From Octopus sinensis (Eukaryota), in assembly GCF_006345805.1 (NCBI RefSeq), contig NC_043006.1:42594001-42658000 (forward strand): 64,000 bases of DNA, in the 5' to 3' direction. Shown one piece after another: positions 39,728 to 53,880 of the stretch. The notes under the pieces were generated by a model. The model saw only the letters and a program-made list of their open reading frames with translations. It did not search any database and was not told where the DNA came from. The position numbers were made by a program, and so were the translations under genes. Numbering within the stretch: the stretch's first letter is position 1; every line of letters starts with the position of its first letter.

Positions 39728-40036
39728 CCACTTTCCTTTCTTTTTAAGTGTTAAACTGCTACAACAGTTGTTAAAACTTGTCCCTCTTGTGTTGTCTTCT
39801 TTTCTTTTGGCTCAATGTCTAATATACATTATATATATATATATACACACATAAAAACATACATGACGTTTTATTGGAAGTACAAATTTATACATGCGCT
39901 TAGACACGCGCACAAAACATACTAAACACCTAATTCCAACCATTCAACCACAAATAGAATTATGTACGAATATTTGCATATATGTATGAATGTATGTGTA
40001 TATGTATGGTGGAGGTATGTATATATAAATATGTTA

Positions 40037-40071
<35 letters not shown>

Positions 40072-40329
40072 TATATATATATACATATATACATATTTTT
40101 AAGGACATATACATACATTTACATAAACCTACATATCATTAAATTTAAACACAAATGCATATATTTGCATAGATTTGTGCACGCATATATATTATTATAC
40201 ATATATGTACACACACACATATACACGCATATACATAATGTATTTATGTGTGTGCTTATATTCATATATTTGCATAAAAACATTTACAAATATAACACAT
40301 ATATGCATATATCTACATACATTAATGAA

Positions 40330-40400
40330 TATCTACATATGTATTCTTGTGTGTGCATGTATATACACATACATATAAATATACATACACTCACACACAC

Positions 40401-40445
<45 letters not shown>

Positions 40446-40647
40446 TGTATATACATGAACACACACACACACACATATATATATGAGCATATATATCTAT
40501 ATATACACCCATATATATATACATATATATATATACACATACATATATATATATATGTATATATATACATATATTATATACATATATATATATACATATA
40601 TGTATATATATATATATATATATACATATATGTATATATATACATAT

Positions 40648-40705
<58 letters not shown>

Positions 40706-40713
40706 CACATATA

Positions 40714-40745
<32 letters not shown>

Positions 40746-40754
40746 CATATATAG

Positions 40755-40786
<32 letters not shown>

Positions 40787-40796
40787 GTATATATAT

Positions 40797-40853
<57 letters not shown>

Positions 40854-40854
40854 C

Positions 40855-40885
<31 letters not shown>

Positions 40886-40899
40886 CATATATATTATAC

Positions 40900-40976
<77 letters not shown>

Positions 40977-41000
40977 TATACATACATACACATATATATT
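40330..41000. repeat. Compound (AT)n microsatellite, ~670 bp
   Basis: Almost pure TA with AC/GT interruptions. Confidence 0.95.
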
Positions 41001-41568
41001 TGGGACCATTTTTTGTTTTCATGTGTACTTAATTTCCTAACACTCCTTGTATATTCAAATACATTTTTCACACAAATTTACTGCTCTGTCTTTTTTTCTT
41101 ACACTTGTATGGTTATTTAACTGGATAAAATCTCCAAATTATATAGGTCACAGATACAGCAGAGATATTTACAAATATTTTAGAAGAAGCCTCAATGTGT
41201 AAGTATGAAAAATATGATGTATTTAAATATAGAAGTGCAATCGGTGCCTTTTATTTTGTGCTACCAACATTAGTGACACTGTCATACAGCTTGTAGGGTT
41301 ATGTGCCCCTCTGTGGGGCAGGGGTCAGCTTTATGGTGTCTTTATCCTTTATCCTTTACCTGTTCCAGTTATTAGACTGTGGCCATGCTTGGGCATTGTT
41401 TTGATGGATTTTTTTTGTTGAATGTATCATCCCTAGTACTTATTTTTTTAAGCCTGGTGCTTATTCTATCAATTTCTTTTGTTGAACTGCTATGTGACAG
41501 TGACATAAACAAGCCAACACTGGTTGTCAAGTTGTGGTGGGGGACAAACACAGAGTCAAAGTCTCAAA

Positions 41569-41600
<32 letters not shown>

Positions 41601-41683
41601 TTGAAATTTTCAGAAAAACAAAAGAAGATATGTATATAAACAACAAGAAGGTGTATTAGTTTGATGCTCAGGAAGGTGAGAAA

Positions 41684-41721
41684 GTCTTTACATTTTGAGC
41701 TTTTGCTCTTCAATAGAAAGG
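41684..41721 (-). ncRNA. Decayed H2-like hammerhead motif
   Basis: Minus strand: CCTTT-CTATTGA-A-GAGC-aaaa-GCTC-AAAAT-GTA-AAGAC. The flank matches 60375-60410 (tgctcaggaa...aaagtcttt). Confidence 0.5.
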
Positions 41722-41771
41722 AACACAAGGAAATAAACAGAGTCGGAATAAAAGAGAGAATAAAAGGGAGG

Positions 41772-41814
<43 letters not shown>

Positions 41815-41818
41815 CACA

Positions 41819-41853
<35 letters not shown>

Positions 41854-43405
41854 GAATAACAAAAAATGGGACAAGAATGCAAAATATCCAGACAGATGAT
41901 ACAAAAAAGGGACACAAAAAAAACAAACACGGGTCATTCAGAGTTTTCTTTCCTCAGTCGAGTTCCAGATTATCTTTGCAATTTAGGCTGGTTATACTCA
42001 AGATTGCTCCAATCTGGCCAGCCCCAAGGAAAAACTAAGCTAAGAGCACAAGATTCCTTAGAAGAAAGCAGCGAATGTATATGAAAACAAGGACAGAAAA
42101 ACAAAAAAAAACAAAAAAAAATCAGAGAAATGGTGCACAAATCCAAATACAAATAACAGGACATTAACAACAGGTATCTTTCGACTAAGGATGATTTAAA
42201 GGGCTTCTTTCAGTTTCCATCTACCAAATCCACTCACAAGGCTCTGATTGGTCTAAAGCTTTAATGGAAGACATTTGCCCAAAGTGCCATGCAGTGGGAC
42301 TGAAACTAGAACCATGTGATTGTGAAGCAAACTTCTTACCACATAGCCACGCCTGCACCTATAGGTAGGAGATGAGGGGGTTAAAACATGAGAAGTGTGG
42401 TGGTGGGGAGTGGCAGAGCAGGTTCTTGTTGTAGAGGAGCTACATGTCTGCACATATTTAGAAGAGGTACGGTGTGCAAGGGGAGTAGAAGTGAGTGAGG
42501 ACAGAAGAACTAGAAGTGTGGATAGGCAGGAGTTTGCAAGAGTGTGTAGAACAAGGAATGTGGGAACAAGGAAGGAGAAGAGTAGTAGGCGACCATTTTG
42601 AAAACTGGGTAGGGTTAAAGGACAGATATAAGAAATGGTGGATAAGGAGCAAGGAGTATCATCATCATCGTCATCATCATCATCATCACCATCATCATCA
42701 TTATCATCATCATTGGCATCAGTTTGACTTCACCTGTTGTATTTCTTTGTTACCTTCTTTGGGAGGTTCAGCCCCATGAGATAAGCCCTCAACTCTTCTG
42801 CCCACATGTCTGACCCACCACCTCCCTTTTCTTTTCTTTTCTCTTCTTTTATTTATTTATTTTTTGTTTGCTTGTAAGTCTGTTATATTTAGGTATTTGC
42901 AAAGAGAATGCAGTGGCTGTGCTGAGAAAGAAAAATGTGTTATAAAGTAAAGTAAATTTGATAGATAAATAGACATGTTAGAAACTGACATAGAGGAATA
43001 AAGAAATAACCAATGTAGCAACACTAGTGATATAGGCAGTCATGTAAGCAGAGAGTGAAATATGGGAGGAATTGATGATGTTGTTGTTGCTAATTGTGGT
43101 GGTGGTGGATGAAACAAGCAAAAAGAAGAGCTGGGGTAGTGGACAAAAGAAGAGGAGACAACAGATCACCCTGGATACACAAACACATTAGTCGCCCACA
43201 TACTCCCACATACATAGATGAATACATAAAAACACACGTATTCTGATTTCCTTCTGTGATTTTTTCCTTTTGCTCAATAAGACATTCCATGGTAGAAACA
43301 ACATGTAGCATCCTTCACCCTGGATAATTTTCAGTCACTGTCTTGTGTCAAATGTATTTTCTCCCCACTTTTGATTATCAATTTCCACCCATTCTGTTTC
43401 TTCTC

Positions 43406-43480
<75 letters not shown>

Positions 43481-43549
43481 CTTTCTATGCATCTATCTAT
43501 CAATATATTTATCTATCTGTCTGTCTGTGTCTGTCTGCTGGTCTCTCTG

Positions 43550-43611
<62 letters not shown>

Positions 43612-44334
43612 GATCTATCTATTGGTCTGTGTCATTTTGTCTATCTATCTCTCTTTCTATCTAATCTCTTTTACTTATTCTCCCTCTGTACGCATCTACG
43701 TACATCTGTCTATCTCTTGGTCTATCTCTCTCCTTCTCCTCCTACCTCTCTTTATATCTGGTCTCATATATCTATGAGCGTAGTCTGCGTGTCTATGTGT
43801 GCATATGCATCCATTTGTGTGTGTGTGTATGCAGGGGGAGGCAAGTGTGAATGTGAATACGTGTGCATGTGTGTATGTGTGGGGTTGCCTGCACATGCTT
43901 TACTGTCTTTAAAAGAATGACACATTAGATGGTGTAGTTCTTGGTGCAATGTGCACTGTGAATGGGAAAAGGATGTCCTGGTCACAGCTGGAATGCCTTT
44001 GATTACAAATTTGTTCAATCATGGATAAACTGAGACTAAACAACAACTAAAGGAATCATGAATGAACGAGGAAGCTTCTGTGTGGTTGTTGCATCTACTA
44101 GAAATAGCAGCCAAGTTTTCTTTAAATCACATACTCTAGAATATTAAAAAGCAAAAAGCCTAGGCATTGGCATAGCTGTGTGGTAAGAAGCTTGCTCCCC
44201 AACCACATTGTTCTAGGTTTGGTCCCACTGCATGGCACCTTGGGCAAGTGTCTTCTACTGCAGCCTTGGGCCAACTAAAACCTTGTAAGTGGATTTGGGA
44301 GACAGAAAAAGAAAAAACCCTCTATTATATATAT

Positions 44335-44385
<51 letters not shown>

Positions 44386-46425
44386 CATACATACATACAT
44401 ACATACATACATACATACATGCATACATACATACAAACATACATAGATACATAGATAGATAGATAGATCGATAGATGGATAGATAAATAAATAGATAGAT
44501 AAATAGATAGATAGATAGATTGATATGTATGATTGATTGATTGATTCCAGTTTCAGCTCATGAGCTGTGGCCATGCTGGGGCACCGCCATTTGTATATAT
44601 CTCTGTGTGTGTGTCTTTCTGTCTGAGTTTGCCCCACCCCCACCTGTTACTGCTTGACAACTGGTGTTGATGTGTTTATATAACTTAGCAGTTCGACAAA
44701 AGAGACTGATAGAATTTGTACTAGGCTTAAGAATTAAGTTCTGGGGGCGATTTCTTTGATGTTGCTTCAGCTTGGCCACAATCAGATGACTGATACAAGC
44801 AAAAGAATAAAAGAACAGGAAAACATAGTCATTGATATACAAAAAGACATGATGGTCCTAACCAGAAATCTTTTTTATCATGGATCTACATTGGCAGTTC
44901 TCAACCATTGTTTTGCCTATAGGCCCTGTGACTATTGGACCTGCATAGCCATTCACTTTATATGAAATAAAACCCTATTATATTTTTATATTGTATGAAG
45001 AAATCGTAGGATTGGCTGTGTGGTAAGTAGCTTGCTTACCAACCTCATGGTTCTGGGTTCAGTCCCACTGCATGGCACCTTGGGCAAGTGTCTTCTACTA
45101 GAGCCTCAGGCTAACCAAAGCCTTGTGAGTGGATTTGGTAGATGGAAACTGAAAGAAGCCTGTCGTATATATGTATATATATAATAATTATTTGAGGGAA
45201 TATTATTCCTAACTTACAGGGAAAAATTCAATTTAGAAATACTAAATCAAATTTATCTACACATATATATATATGCATGTGTGTGTGTATATGTTTCTGC
45301 GTCTGTGTTTGTCTCCCCCAAAATATTGATGTTGGTGCTACATAAAAATTACTGATGCTGGTGCTATGCAAAACACACTGGTGAAGAGGCTGTGTAAAAA
45401 GCACCCAGCACACACTGTAAAGTGGCTGGCATTAAGAAGGGCATCCAGCTATAGAAACCATTCCAAAACAGACAAATGGAGGGTGGTGCTGTCTCTGGCC
45501 TTGCCAGTTCCTGTCAAGCCATCAAACTCATGCTAGCTTGGAAATGGACATTAAATTGTTGATGATGACGATGACGATGATATTTATATACAGATTTGAC
45601 TGATTTTGATCTTGCATTCAGTGCTTGAGTATCTGTTGCTGATGATGTACAACTTACGCTGAGATCACATGATACAACAGTTCCATCTACCAGTGTTGGT
45701 GAAATTTTGTCTGTCAATGTAATCTGTGCTTTATTAATATTTGACGTCTATATGAAGTTTCTCAAGATGATTGCTGCTATCTATGGTATTCTTAACAACA
45801 CGTCCAAGTTAAGTAGGATGTGCAAATTAATACATACTTATTTAACCCTTTAGTATTTAAACCGGCCATATCCGGCCAAAATATTTAATCTGTTTTATGT
45901 TCAAACTGACCAGATCCAGGCTCTCACACCTACCCTACAATGTTATTCTACATTAGGTAATTACACCATCAAGATCTTGAAGATATGAGATAATGCATGA
46001 TTAATTCAAATCAATGGGAATCAATAGGCATTATGTTTGATTGAATAATCTGAACACTAAAGGGATAAATATATATATACACACACACATATACGTATAT
46101 GTGTGTGTATGTATATATTTGTATATATAGTGAAAAATTTATAACATTTAATATAAACAGGATTTGAATGCAAGCTACTATTAGTTTCATGCCTTTGAAA
46201 TTGGCCAGACAATGACCTGACAAATTTGTATAGCTTGCCTTGTATTTATTATCAGCCAATCAATCAGACTAATTTGTGTCTGAATGATTGCCTAAAACAT
46301 TCAATATAAGTTTGTCTTATACTGGAAAAGTTTGCCTTTATGCAATATAAGTTTGTCTGACTATTGTATATTTAGAGGCATGAAACCTACAGTCACTCAC
46401 ATTTATATCCTGCATATATTAAATG

Positions 46426-46460
<35 letters not shown>

Positions 46461-46786
46461 AGGATGAATGGATAGAGAGAGGAATAGGAAGAGTAGATGG
46501 ATGGGCAGGTATACATACTAACACACATATACACATATATGACCAACATGTATATATATACAGATATATATTAATATACTTCTGTAATTTGCTTCCTTGT
46601 GTATCCGTGTATCATATGACTAATCACTTGAACAAATTTCAATATATTTTACAGCCTTTTCTTTCTTTGCTTCAGCTAGAAATACTTTTCTCCATCTTGT
46701 CTTTTTTCTTTTTTTTTTTTTTTGCAGTTGCACAAACATTGGCTAAATGTATTTGTGCAGATAATAACACGATTGTTCAAATACAT

Positions 46787-46820
<34 letters not shown>

Positions 46821-46821
<1 letters not shown>

Positions 46822-47205
46822 CTAGCAGTATCGCCCAGCGTTGCTCAGGTTTGTAAGGGAAATAACTATAAAGCATTTTTAGAGAGTTATAGCTAAAATA
46901 TAGCAAAAAAATGGAAAAAAATGATGGTAAATTTTTTTTTAAAGTTAAAAAAGGTGGAGTTGCGTCCCCTAGACAGTTTGTGGTTTGTGTTTGTGATTCT
47001 CGACCCCATGTCGAATTTATCGATTTTTTTCAGAACTGGGGGAACTTTTCAAAATTTTCGCTGCGTTAGTTTTGAATTATGACATTGGGCTATGTGTGTG
47101 TCAAGTTTCATCAGAATCGGTTGAAAGCCGTGGTCAGGGTGAGGGTACAAGCAAACAGACACACAGAAACACGCACAGACAAACTGCCGTTTATATAGAG
47201 AGAGA
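46821..47205 (+). mobile_element. Non-autonomous Helitron/Helentron-like (HINE/Lep1-type) element
   Basis: 5' ACTAGCAGTATCGCCCAGCGTTGCTCAGG. 3' AAGTTTCATCAGAATCGG...ACAGAC..GCCGTTTATATAGAGAGAT. Confidence 0.7.
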
Positions 47206-47251
47206 TATATGTGTGCATATATGTGCATGTGTATATGTGTGTATCTGTGTA

Positions 47252-47289
<38 letters not shown>

Positions 47290-48465
47290 TACATATATAA
47301 TGTGCATATATATGTGTGTATGTTTGTATACATGTACATATATACATGCCTGCACTTATATAGAAATGTGCTTATGAATCTGTTAATGTTTGTAACTTTC
47401 AAAAGCTACTTGTCTATCGCTAATGTAAGAGCATCTGAAGTCACACATATATTTTACCGGGATGTTTTTTTTTCCTTTTTCTTGTTTGCAATTTCTACTT
47501 GTTATACATACATAGGTGCAGGAGTGGCTGTGTGGTAAGTAGCTTACTTACAAGCCACATGATTCTGGGTTCAGTCCCAGTGCATGGCACCTTGCGCATA
47601 TGTCTTCTACTATAGCCTTGTGAGTGGTTTTGGTAGACGGAAACTGAAAGAAGCCTGTTGTATATATGTGTGTGTGTGTGTGTGTGTCTGTGTTGGTCCC
47701 CCCACCATTGTTTGACAACCTATGTTGATGTGTTCACATCCCTGTAACTCAACAGTTCGGCAAAAAAGACCAATAGAGTAAGTTCTGGGTGTACAAAGAA
47801 TAAGTCCTGGGGGTTGATTTGTTTGATTAAAGGTAGTGCTCCAGCATGGCCACAGTCAAATGACTGAAACAAATAAAAGAATAAAAGAATATATACAGAT
47901 ATGCATGAATACATGTTTACATACAAACATGGATACATGCATATATACATGTGTACATGCATGCTTATATACTTAGCTTCATTAAAATATCATGTGCATG
48001 TTGCATATATATTTTGTATTCATTCTTTTAATCTTTTACTTGTTTCAGTCATTTGACTCGGCCATGCTGGAGCACTGCCTTTAGTTGAACAAATGGGCCC
48101 GAGGACTTATTTCTTAAGTCTAGTACTTGTTCTATTGGCCTCTTTTGCTGAACTGCTAAGTTACAGGGATGTAAATACACCAATGCTGGTTGTCAAGTGG
48201 TGATGGGGGACAAACACAGACACAAAGACACACACAGACACACTCACACACACACATACATACACATACATACATATACACACATACACACATTCACATA
48301 CATACATATGCACACATAAACGCATACACACGCACACACACATATGCACGCACACACATATGCACGCACACACACTCACACACACACACTCACACACACA
48401 TACACACACATACACTCACACACACATACATACATACACACACACAAGTATATACATATATTAGT

Positions 48466-49512
48466 CTAGCCATGACCCATTGGGTCACCAATCATTCAAG
48501 GCACCTGAAAGAACTACGTATCTTCCGAACTCTTGGTCCAATTTATGCGAAACTTGTTATATTCAGTTTGTATTCACATTTTGTATTCACCTTACTCTCT
48601 TTTACTCTTTTACTTGTTTCAGCCATTTGACTGTGGCCATGCTGCAGCACCGCCTTTAGTCGAGCAAATCGACCCCAGGACTTATTCTTTCTAAGCCTAG
48701 TACTTATTCTATCAGTCTCTTTTGCCGAACCCCTAAGTTATGGCACTGTAAACACACCAGCATTGACTGTCAAGCGATGTTGGAGGGACAAACACAGATA
48801 CACAAACACATGCACACACACATATATATATACATACATATATACGACAGGCTTCTTTCAGTTTCCATCTACTAAATCCACTCACAAGGCTTTGGTCGGC
48901 CTGAGGCTATAGTAGAAAACACTTGCCCAGGGTGCCATGCAGTGGGACTGAACCCAGAACCATGAGGTTGGTAAGCAAGCTACTTACCACACAGCCACTT
49001 TCCCATTATGCACTAGTAGTTTGGCTGAATTAAATTACAGTCAAGCATGCATGCAAGCAAACACACAAACAGGCAATCATGAAGGTACCTGAAAAAATCC
49101 ACATATCTCGGGAACCCATGGTCCAATTTACACAAAAATTGTTTCATTCCGTTTACATTCCCATTTTAGGGGCACCTTACTTTCAGAGTATTTTCCCATT
49201 GTGCATTGGTTGGCTGTTTTAAATTACAGACAAGCATGCATGCAAGCAAACATGCTAACAAAACTATCCAGGTATTCACATTAAAGAGCAATGCTTAAAT
49301 TTGTGGAAACAAACCACAAAAAACTGTGTATCTTGGGAATCTGTGGGCCAGTTTGCACGAAACTTGTCTTATTCCGTTTGTATTTCCATTTCAGTGGTAC
49401 TTTACTTTCAGAGTATTCTCCCATTATGTGCTGGCTTAGCTGTATTAAATAACAGGCAAGCAAGCATGCAAACAAGCAAGCAAGCAATCGCAGACTTCTA
49501 GTATTATATAGA
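48466..49512 (+). mobile_element. Helitron-like element with three ~220-bp internal tandem units, split by a SINE
   Basis: 5' CTAGCCATGACCCATTGGGTCA hairpin. Repeated core at 48516, 49103 and 49329. 3' CAGACTTCTAGTATTATATAGAT. Confidence 0.5.
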
Positions 49513-49803
49513 TATATGCTTATATGGTGTTTCTGTTTCCTCCTACCAAATCCACTCACAAGGTTTTGGTTGGTCTGAGATTATAGTAGAAGACACTTGC
49601 CCAAGGTGCCATGCAGTGGGACTGAACCCAGAATCATATAGTTGAGAAGCAAGCTTCTTACTACACGGCCACACCTGCACCTATTATTTTAACAGATTTG
49701 TACATATTGGTTCCAAATTTTGGCACAAGATCAGCAATTTCACGGAAAGAGATAAGTTGATTACCCCAGTATAACCACCTAGGTATGTATAGATTAGCAC
49801 ATG

Positions 49804-49978
49804 CAATCTGTACATTAGTGCACATGCACACACACACACACATACAATATGTACATTAGCACACACACACACACAATATGTACATTAGCACACATGCACA
49901 CACACACACACACATACACACACAATATGTACATTAGCGCACACACACACACACATACACACACAATATGTACATTAG
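49804..49978. repeat. Minisatellite: 15-bp unit CAATATGTACATTAG x5 with variable (CA)n spacers
   Basis: Units at 49804, 49845, 49874, 49923 and 49964. Confidence 0.9.
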
Positions 49979-51120
49979 TACGTGCACACACACACACACA
50001 CACACATGCACACTCAGTATAAACACTTTACTCCCTTTGGATCCAGAAGTATGCTTTGGTAAGTACAATTTCATTTGACTCCTACCCTCGAAAATACAAA
50101 CTTAGTGGCCACATGGATTCTTGGCTAATGGCCGAAAATAACAATGTTTCCTCCAATTAGTGAAACATTAACACAAAACAATTCAACTGTCCAATTTCGC
50201 ATTTCCCAAAGTTATAACCAAATGAAATTGCACCAGATAAAGAAGCATGCTCCATGGCTCACAGGACGGCCTACTGTGGTAACCTTGGATCATAGGGCGA
50301 CCTGCTGTGCTTGAGGAGACCTATTTGAGTCAAGTACATCATCAAAATAAAAATCAAATAGAAATTATAGTTGTGATACCCGTGCCGGTGGCACGTAAAA
50401 AGCAGCCTCTGAATGTGGCAGATGCCAACACTGCCTTGACTGGCATCCGTGCTGGTGACACGTAAAAAGTACCGTAAATTGTGGTTTTTGTCTTGCAGGG
50501 AGGTATAATATCCTATTACAGCTTTTTGCAATTTTGAACAAAAGTTTAGAATTGGTAAATTCTTACAAATACTTCCACCAAGAATTTCCATCTATCAAAT
50601 GGTTAAGATAACTTACTTCTCAAATTCTGGATTCATGATATATTGAAAGATGGTCACATATTAAAAGCACATCCAATTTTTCAACAGCACTAAAACTTAT
50701 TCACAAGAGTTACCTCTCTTAGTTTTGTGTGTTTTACATATATGATACTCAAGATGAAAATAATATGTTTTAGCATGTGACAGGGTACATATAATAATTG
50801 AATGGGTGAATGTATAATGCATTCTATAATGGGTTTTGTTTTTGTTAATCAATCAAATCTTGATGCATTACAAATATTTTTGCTTATGTATTGTCATGCT
50901 ACTTCTTTTCTCTAATCATTTGAATAATTGGCATTGTGAAACTCAGAGTTTCATGAGCAATTCATGAAGATTCAACTTCTGATAGTAATTATGATGATGA
51001 TGAAAATACTATATCTATATTACACATACTCATACACTCAACATATATATACATGTATATGTATGTGTGAATTTACACATACACACATATATACAAACAT
51101 ATATTGATAAATTGGAAAAT

Positions 51121-51202
<82 letters not shown>

Positions 51203-51232
51203 TGTATATGTATGTGTGTGTGACTGTGTGTG

Positions 51233-51263
<31 letters not shown>

Positions 51264-51689
51264 GAATGTATGTCTGTATGTATAATCTTGTAAAATCTCT
51301 CCTTTTCCCTCTCTTCATCTCTCAGTCTTTATGTGCATATATATGTGTGTGTGTGTATACATATATATATATATGTATATACATGCACACATACACTATT
51401 CCATTAGTATGTATATGTGTGAGGGCGTTTTTTTATGGTTGGCTAATTCCTAAGAGAATCTTCACAACCAAAGATCACCAGACCTTAGCTTACCTAATTT
51501 CATTTTTGCCATTTCCTCTTAAGGCATTCTGTTTATTCCATTTTATTCCAGCCATTTCTGCTCTCCCTCAGCGCCACTTCTCCACTACATTCCATTAGAG
51601 TGTCACACTTAATGCTCCACACCCCTCAGTCCATTTGATAGTCCACTCTCAGTCATACAGTAGCTTAATAGTAAAAAACAACAACAATA

Positions 51690-52088
51690 ACTAGAACAAC
51701 AACAACAGCAACAAAGAAATGGTAAATATCTACAATGTTGACAATTACAACGCCAACAACAATAGCCAGAACAACAATTACTACAACAATAGCACTTACA
51801 AACCCAACACCATTATTACCACCACTGCCACTACCACCATCACTACCACCACTATCACCATCACCATCATCAGCACCACCACCACCATTGCCATCATCAT
51901 CAGCACCACCACCATCACTACCACCACCACTATCACTACCACCACCACCATCACCATCATTACCACCACCACCACCACCACTACCATCACCATCACCATC
52001 ATCATCACCACCATCACCAAGACTATTACCACCACCACCACCACCACCATTACTACCACCAATACCACAACTACTGCTACTACTACTA

Positions 52089-52135
<47 letters not shown>

Positions 52136-53880
52136 ACAGTTACATCAACAACTTCTATGACAACGTTCTCACAACAATGTAAGTCTGTGTTACAACAATA
52201 TTGACAACAACAAAAAACATAAGCAAAAAACAAACAACAGAAACGAAATCAACGGAAACAACATCAACAACAACAATCATAAAAGCTTTGCTAACAACAA
52301 CACCAACAACAACAAAGGCAATAAATATAACAAGAATAACTGCTGCTACGAAGACTGACAACGGTAATAGCAATAACAATAAAAATAAAAGAAAAAAATT
52401 TTAAATGTACACGTCCACCAAAGTAGCTATAAAATAAAACAACATCAAGAAGACCAACAACAACAATAACAACAGCAAAAGCACAGTACGAGTGGTGTTG
52501 ATGAAGGATGGTAGCAGCGGTGGTGGCGGTTGGGTGGTGGGGGCGGTAGGGGTGGTGGTAGTGGCGGGGGGGGGTGGTGGTGGCGGCGGCGGTGTTGGTG
52601 GTGGTAGTGGTGGCGGCGGTGATGGTGATGATGGTGGTTGTTGTTAGTAGTGGTGGTGGTGGTGGTAGTGGCGGTGGTGATGGCAGTGGTAGTGAGGATG
52701 ATGGTGATGGTGATGGTGGTGGTGGTAGAGGCACTGATGATGGTGGTGATGGTTGTTGTGGTGGTAGTAGTGGTGGCGGTGGAGGTGGTGGTTGTATTAG
52801 TCGTGATGGCAGTGGTGGTAGTAGTAGTGGGGTAGTAGTGGCAGTGGTAGCAGAGGTGGTGGTGGTGGTGGTGGTGGTAGTGTTAGCAGCATTTGTTACT
52901 GATGGTGGCATCAGTGATAGCAAAGGAGTGGTGGTGTTGATGGTGATGGTCATGGTAATAGTGGAAGTAATATTTATGGTAGTGGTAGTGGTGGTGCTGT
53001 TTAGGATAAGGAAATCAGTTGAGGTAAATGTGATGGTAGTAGTAGTATCAGCGGTGTTGTTGTTATTGTTCTAATTTAGCCCCTTTCCATGGCAACCCTG
53101 ATTGAATAGACCTTTGATCAAAGACATTCCATCCGTAACTATGTGGGCCTTTTCCGGGTGTTTCTGCTTTGTATTTTTTTGGTAGGGGGTGGGGGGAGTT
53201 TTTGGAGCTTTTTTTTTGTTTTGCTTTTACTATGAGTGAGAGTCAACTGCATTGTGCAATGCAACCTTCTGTTTCTGAGACAGAAGCAGGGTGGGATGGG
53301 GTGGGGGTGGTGGTGGGGGACGTGAGGCAGGTTTAACTACTATCTCTGGCAGATCCAGTGACTACATAATGATATAGCTAGGCTGTGATGTGGTGTGCGG
53401 TGATGAAGGTGATTGTTGTGAATGGTTGTGGTGGTGGTGGTGGTGGTAGCGGCAATGGCGACAGTGATAGCAGTGTCGGAAGTGGCGGTGGAGGCGGCAG
53501 TGGTAGTGGAGGCAGCAGTGACAGTGGAGGCGGTAGCAACGGTGAAGGTGATAGCGGCAGTGGAGGCGGTAGCGGCAGTGGAGGCGGTAGCGGCAGTGGA
53601 GGCGGTAGCGGCAGTGGCAAAGGTGGCGGAAGCAGTGGTGGAGGCGGCAGTGGTGGTGGAGGCGGTAGCAGCAGTGGAGGTGGTAGCAGCAGTGGAGGCC
53701 ACAGTGGCAAAAGTGGCGGAAGCGGTGGTGGAGGTGGCAGCAGCGGTGGAGGCGGCAGCGGCGGTGAGGGCGGCAGCAGTGGTGGAGGCGGCAGCAGCAG
53801 TGGAGGCACAGCGGTGGAGGCGCACCGGCAGCAGCAGTAGTGGTGGTGGTGGTGGTGGATTTGGTGGTAGAGTGGGCAAT
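51690..53880. repeat. 2.2-kb trinucleotide low-complexity zone (ACC/ACT/GCT, AAC, GGT, GGC-AGT)
   Basis: Direct reading. Includes an 18-bp unit GGCAGTGGAGGCGGTAGC at about 53550-53620. Confidence 0.9.

Noticed and set aside
41930-41962. Further hammerhead-like motif (minus CTGAGGA-A-AGA-aaac-TCT-GAAT)
   Set aside because: GAAA, stem III and stem I are not recoverable. Too degenerate to call from one copy.
49804-49978. CRISPR array
   Set aside because: Spacers are (CA)n rather than unique sequence, the repeat is only 15 bp, there are no cas genes and the context is eukaryotic.
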